From Candidatus Marinacidobacterales bacterium (lineage in GTDB: Bacteria > Acidobacteriota > Vicinamibacteria > Marinacidobacterales > DATDRI01): DNA of 64,000 bases. Positions 59,345 through 64,000 of the stretch are shown in pieces (the first letter of the stretch is position 1; every line of letters begins with the position of its first letter). The notes beneath the pieces were generated by a model that had not been told where the DNA came from, did not search any database, and was given only the letters and a program-made list of their open reading frames with translations. The stretch is taken from NCBI GenBank assembly GCA_965219415.1, contig OZ244742.1, positions 256,001-320,000 of the forward strand. Direction: 5' to 3'. The translations under genes and the position numbers were made by a program.

Positions 59345-59662
59345 TCAACCGACATTCTCATCGACCCAGGATAGGTAGGCCTGCGATCCCCGCTCGATGG
59401 GGATCGCAATGACCTCTGGTACGTCGTACGGGTGGAGCTCTTGAATGGCCGTCTCCAGCTCGGTGTAGCGATCGGCGCGCGTTTTCATCAGCAGCAACCG
59501 TTCGGACTCGTCTTGCACGTTTCCCTTCCACCGGAAGAGGCTCCGCACCGGACCGAGCACGTTCACGCAGGCCACCAGTCGTTTCACGACTAGGCTTCGG
59601 CCCAAACGGGCGGCGTCCTCCTCGCTTCCAATCGTCGTAAGAACTAGTAGGTGATGCGACAC
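59345..59662 (-). CDS. cutA: divalent-cation tolerance protein CutA
   Basis: RLVACVN, SLFRWKG, LLLMKT, HPYDVPEVI and YLSWV motifs. Confidence 0.95.
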   Translation of the reverse strand: MSHHLLVLTTIGSEEDAARLGRSLVVKRLVACVNVLGPVRSLFRWKGNVQDESERLLLMKTRADRYTELETAIQELHPYDVPEVIAIPIERGSQAYLSWVDENVG

Positions 59663-59779
59663 GGGATGGCTCCGTGAGAGGACCGTAACATAATCCATCC
59701 AGGGTTGGCGATTCCCAATGTTCTCAGATACGTTATAAGATACGATGTAGATCAGACACCTAACTGAACTCCAAGTCAC

Positions 59780-60184
59780 ATGTCGCTCGTGCGGTCGAAG
59801 TCCAATCCTAGCTCCCCAAGCGATGGAGGGCCGTCGAGATCCCGTCAAGTCTCAAAGACCGAGACCTCGTTGAAACGCAAGGCGCTGAGCCTCGCGCTCT
59901 TCCTCATCTTGGCGGCTTCCGCGTTGAACGCGCTCTTCGGTGACCGTGGACTACTAGAGCTTCTCAAAGTGCGGGAGGAGGTCCAGTCTCTCGACCGTGA
60001 GATCGCAATGCTCCGCGCGGAAAACCAAAGGATTTTGGAAGAAATACGCTCCTTGAAGACGTCCCCGATGGCGGTGGAACGCCTCGCCCGTGAGAACCTC
60101 GGCCTCGTCAAACCGGGCGAAGTCGTTCTTCTGATAAGGGAAACCGGAGACGGTCCCACCCCCAGGGGCGATCGCAAGAACTAA
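59780..60184 (+). CDS. septum formation initiator FtsB/DivIC family
   Basis: TM helix, FGDRGL, coiled coil and ERLARENLGLVKPGE motif. Confidence 0.9.
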   Translation: MSLVRSKSNPSSPSDGGPSRSRQVSKTETSLKRKALSLALFLILAASALNALFGDRGLLELLKVREEVQSLDREIAMLRAENQRILEEIRSLKTSPMAVERLARENLGLVKPGEVVLLIRETGDGPTPRGDRKN

Positions 60185-60197
60185 CGCTGCTAGATTT

Positions 60198-61094
60198 CTA
60201 CGCCTCCTGAGTTTGTTCTTTACCTCTCGCACCAGCCAAAAGTGCTGCCAATTCCCCACCCCAGAGGAGTAACGCCGCCGATAGGTTGATCCAGATGGCG
60301 AACACCACGACCGATTCCAACGTCCCATAGGTCATCCCGTAATTAGCAAACTGCCCTACGTAGAGCGTGAACGCGTTCTTCAGTCCTTCCCAAAGCGTCC
60401 CGGTCACTAGCCCAGCAACGATAGCGGACCGCAACGGCACCAAGGTGGCAGGCACCACCTTGTACACGAAGCCGAAAGTAAACACCGTCACTAGCCACGG
60501 AATCAGATACCGGGTGGTGGCGTTGTTTATGGTCAGATAGAGCGGGTTAGAGCGAGCTCCCGCCAAATCGGTAGAATCCAGGAAACGATTGAGGGCGCTC
60601 ACCGCTCCGGCGAAGACAATCGACGCGACGAGGATGACCGCGAGAAGCGCCACAAGACCAAAAGCGAAAATCTTGCGGACCGGGAATGACCTCCGTTTTT
60701 CTACTTGGAACACGTGGTCCAGAGCTTGTTCGACTTTGGAGAACACCTTGCTCGCGGTCCAAAGAGAGAACAGGAAAAAGGGCCAGCCGAATCGCGCCGC
60801 CTGGCTACCGACCTTCTGCGCTTGAGCAAACACATCCTCACCGAGAAGCACCACGAGATCTTTGAGGAGGACCTCGACCCCTTTTTCGGCCGCATCCACC
60901 GAACCGATGGCCGCGGCTCCGAACGCTACGAGCAGAATTGTAAGCGGCAACAACGAGAGCAGGGCAAAGTAGGAAATGTAGGCGGCTTGATCGAAGCAGC
61001 CGTCGCGGTGGAAGTTCCGGGTGGCGTCGAACAGCAAACCCCCAACCCGGCGAGCCAAACCCTTACCCTTCTCGATGAGAGCGTCTCCGAACAT
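60198..61094 (-). CDS. YihY/virulence factor BrkB family membrane protein
   Basis: AAYISYFALLSLLP, YKVVP, YGTL and LLLWGGEL motifs; multi-TM. Confidence 0.9.
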   Translation of the reverse strand: MFGDALIEKGKGLARRVGGLLFDATRNFHRDGCFDQAAYISYFALLSLLPLTILLVAFGAAAIGSVDAAEKGVEVLLKDLVVLLGEDVFAQAQKVGSQAARFGWPFFLFSLWTASKVFSKVEQALDHVFQVEKRRSFPVRKIFAFGLVALLAVILVASIVFAGAVSALNRFLDSTDLAGARSNPLYLTINNATTRYLIPWLVTVFTFGFVYKVVPATLVPLRSAIVAGLVTGTLWEGLKNAFTLYVGQFANYGMTYGTLESVVVFAIWINLSAALLLWGGELAALLAGARGKEQTQEA

Positions 61095-61170
61095 GGACCG
61101 ACATTCAATCAAGTCTGCCCCCCGGTGGCAAGCTTGAAGAGCAGCCCGAGTCGAGAATAAGCTAGACGTC

Positions 61171-62875
61171 GTGCAACGAGCTCTGGGCCCGGCCATCCTA
61201 ATCCTGACCTCCCTCCTCTCCAGCGACAGACCCTTACGGACGGCCTCTCGGGCGCCGGTTCGCGGTACCCGCGGCATGGTGGTCTCTACCAGCGCCATCG
61301 CCTCCGAGGTCGGGATCGAGATCCTGAAAAAGGGCGGCAACGCCGTCGACGCTGCGGTAGCGGTGGGATTCGCACTAGCCGTCACCCATCCCTCGGCGGG
61401 AAACATCGGTGGCGGAGGGTTCTTGGTATTTCACGACGCCGCGAGCGGCGAGAGCTTCACCTACGATTACCGCGAAATGTCGCCCGCCCGTGCCCACCGC
61501 AACATGTATGTCGACCAGACCGGTGCCATCGTTCCCGAGCTCAGCACCGTCGGTCACTTGTCGACGGGTGTCCCGGGGACAGTGGCGGGTCTTTTGTTGG
61601 CACTCGAAAAGCACGGACGCCTCGTACGCCAAACGGTACTGGCACCGGGGATTCGTCTTGCGGAAGAGGGCTTCCCAGTTAGTTACGCCCTCTCCCAATC
61701 GCTCGAGGCGGCGGCATCGCTTCTTTCCCGCTTTCCGGAGAGCCGACGCATCTTCCTAAGGAACGGAAACTACTTCGAGGAAGGCGAGATCCTCGTTCAA
61801 AAGGAGCTGGGAGCCACTCTGCGGCGGATCTCGGAGCTTGGAGCCGCCGGCTTTTACGAAGGGGACATCGCCGCGCTGGTGGCCGAGGAGATGCAACGCG
61901 GTGGGGGCCTCATCACCGAAGAGGACATGAAAAACTATCGACCCGTGAGACGGGATCCGATCGTGAGTACTTACCGCGAGCATAGCATCGTATCCATGGG
62001 GCCACCGAGCTCCGGAGGTGTGATCCTCTCTCGGAGATGCTCAACATGGTGGAGCCTGAGGATTTGCGCTATCTGGGATGCAACTCATCCACCTACGTCC
62101 ATCTGCTCGCGGAAGTCATGAAGCGGGCATTTGCGGATCGCGCTCACTATCTAGGCGACGCCGATTTCTCTCCCGTTCCGTTCCGAGGACTGATATCGAA
62201 GGAGTACGCGCAAAAACGTCGGGCCGACATCAATCCCGACCGAACCACACTGGCGAGTGACTTGGGCCCAGGGGACCCTTTGCCATTCGAGAGTGAGGAG
62301 ACCACACACTTTTCCGTCGTCGACCGGGAGGGCAACGCGGTCGCCAATACGTACACGTTGAACGGAGGGTACGGGTCCGGGCTCACCGTTCCCGGGGCGG
62401 GTTTCCTCTTGAACAACGAAATGGATGATTTCACTTCCAAGCCAGGCGTCCCGAACCAATACGGGCTCATCCAGGGAGAGGCTAACTCGATTGGCCCAAG
62501 AAAGCGGCCCCTCTCGGCTATGACTCCGACGATCGTCCTCAAGGACGGCAAGGTGCTGCTGGTGACCGGAAGCCGGGGGGGCCCGCCATCATCAATACGG
62601 TGTTTCAAATCGTCCTCAACGTCATCGATCACGGACTGAACGTGCAGCAAGCTGTCGATTCGCCTCGCTTCCACCACCAGTGGTTTCCCGACGTGCTCCG
62701 GTACGAAGAGCATGGTTTGGTTCGCGATGTGGAAGAGGCTCTACGGGCAAAGGGGCATAAGCTCGCTCCAGGAACGAGCATCGGTGACGCGCACAGTATC
62801 TATGTGAATCCCAAAACGGAAAACCGTCTCGGGGCGGCCGACCCTCGAATGGACGGCAAAGCGGTAGGCTACTAA
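61171..62875 (+). CDS. ggt: gamma-glutamyltransferase, two frameshifts (near 62030 and 62585)
   Basis: GGNAVDAAVA, GNIGGGGF, PPSSGG, ETTHFSVVD (nucleophile Thr), LNNEMDDF, KRPLSAMTP and GAADPR motifs. Confidence 0.93.
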
Positions 62876-62923
62876 CAGCCACTTGCGGCGCCCGACAGAA
62901 TAAAGCTCGCGAAGCGTTGACCC

Positions 62924-63819
62924 ATGGATAGCAAGCAGCCTTCCTCACTGGATTTTACGTCGCTCCTCCACGAGCTCACCCTCAAGAAATGGGTCAAATC
63001 GATTCTCGGCGAGGACTGGCATGGGGCGGCAGTAGCTTCCGGCAAGATGGCGGAATCCTCGGAGCGTTTCTGGAAATGGCTCGGGTTGGTCAATCTGGCC
63101 GTAACACGCCTCTATCGCGGCCAGGGCGCCGTGTCGCTTTCGCTACTCGAACAAGCCGCCCAGGCTTACCCGGAATCGGAAGCGCTCTGCGCGTCGGCAC
63201 GGGCGGCAGCCGCGCATGTCTTCCTCGAAACCGGCCGGCCGAAGGAAGCACTCAAACAGTCCCGACTCGCTGCGACGACCGGGGCTACGCTCCCCCACCA
63301 GGAGGCACTCTTCTACCTGGCTCTCGCCCAAGCGAAGCTGGGCGAATCGAACGACGCGGCGCGAACCGCGGAAGAACTTTCGCGCCACTCGCGCGCCACC
63401 GGGCTCGGCGCGGAAATGGCGCGTTATCACCTTCTGAAGGGAGAGCTTATCTGGGCGCGCGGCGACCATTCAGAAGCAAGAGAGGAATTTCGACGGGCCG
63501 AACGGCCCTTCCGGCGAACACGACCGAGATTCCCAGCCAAAGCCTCCATCTGCCGATTTGGTTCTCGCGAGCATCCTTCGAGCTCGAAGCTGACGATTTG
63601 GTGGCGGCGGCGAACGGATTCGAGGGGATCATCAAGAGCTTCTCCCTTCACGTCGATTGGCCGATTCTCTACGTCAGAAGTTTCTACTTCCTCGGCCAGA
63701 TTCGAGAACAGCAGGGCGACGAACAGGAGGCTCAGGCCAATTATCGACGGTTTGTCGAATTCTGGAGGGAAGGGGATCTGGATCGTCGGCAGGTTCAAGC
63801 GCTCGAGAGCAAGACGTGA
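62924..63819 (+). CDS. TPR-repeat protein, frameshift near 63510
   Basis: Helical repeats in ORF 62924 continue in the 62989-63819 frame as YVRSFYFLGQI...YRRFVEFW..GDLDR. Confidence 0.65.
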
Positions 63820-63834
63820 GACCGGTGAGATCGG

Positions 63835-63999
63835 CTACCAGAGGCTGGCCAGTTTTCTCGCAATCGTCTCTAGAACGAAGGAATCCAGCTTTTCCTGTGC
63901 GTGGGTCGGGTACTCGGCGAACTGAACCCCCATCCCACGGGGAAGCTCGATTTCAGGAACTCCTCGCTTGGTGACCCACACCACCTCGCTCTCGATCTC
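63835..63999 (-). CDS. C-terminus of a PilZ-like domain protein running off the window end
   Basis: EIESEVVWV...GMGVQFAEY...LDSFV...LW*, resembling PilZ C-terminal strands. Confidence 0.6.
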   Translation of the reverse strand, partial: EIESEVVWVTKRGVPEIELPRGMGVQFAEYPTHAQEKLDSFVLETIARKLASLW

Positions 64000-64000
64000 C

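Noticed and set aside
1-64000. CRISPR array, rRNA, prophage or defence island
   Set aside because: No regularly spaced repeat-spacer array, rRNA-like sequence, phage structural gene, integrase or recognisable defence gene was seen.

Overview
A GC-rich bacterial chromosomal segment. Gene content and order (aroC-def-fmt, rsmB-PASTA-rpe, bamD, hrcA-grpE-dnaK-dnaJ-prmA-rsmE, pilT-recX-alaS, PilZ/DUF4388 signalling genes) fit a diderm organism, most plausibly Acidobacteriota (inference). It is mostly housekeeping DNA, with one tRNA-Gly(CCC), a perfect CIRCE operator and two different IS256-family elements, each with a recognisable target-site duplication. The middle (about 8.1-41.7 kb) is almost free of frameshifts. 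The flanks (3.1-8.0 kb and 41.7-64 kb) carry many single-base frameshifts, apparent internal deletions and three abrupt gene-to-gene junctions (near 4897, 47010 and 48019), which look like assembly errors or chimeras. The most novel signal is a 1 kb piece at 47010-48018 holding the C-terminal half and then the N-terminal part of tandem actin-fold ATPase genes resembling haloarchaeal volactin rather than MreB or FtsA. Other points of interest are an EutB-EutC fusion beside a GDPD gene, an IS256 insertion that duplicated the Shine-Dalgarno of a bactofilin gene, a zinc-ribbon Ser/Thr kinase, a TPR-AIM24-like protein and an NBD-first ABC-2 fusion transporter. All family calls come from reading motifs by eye; no searches were run.
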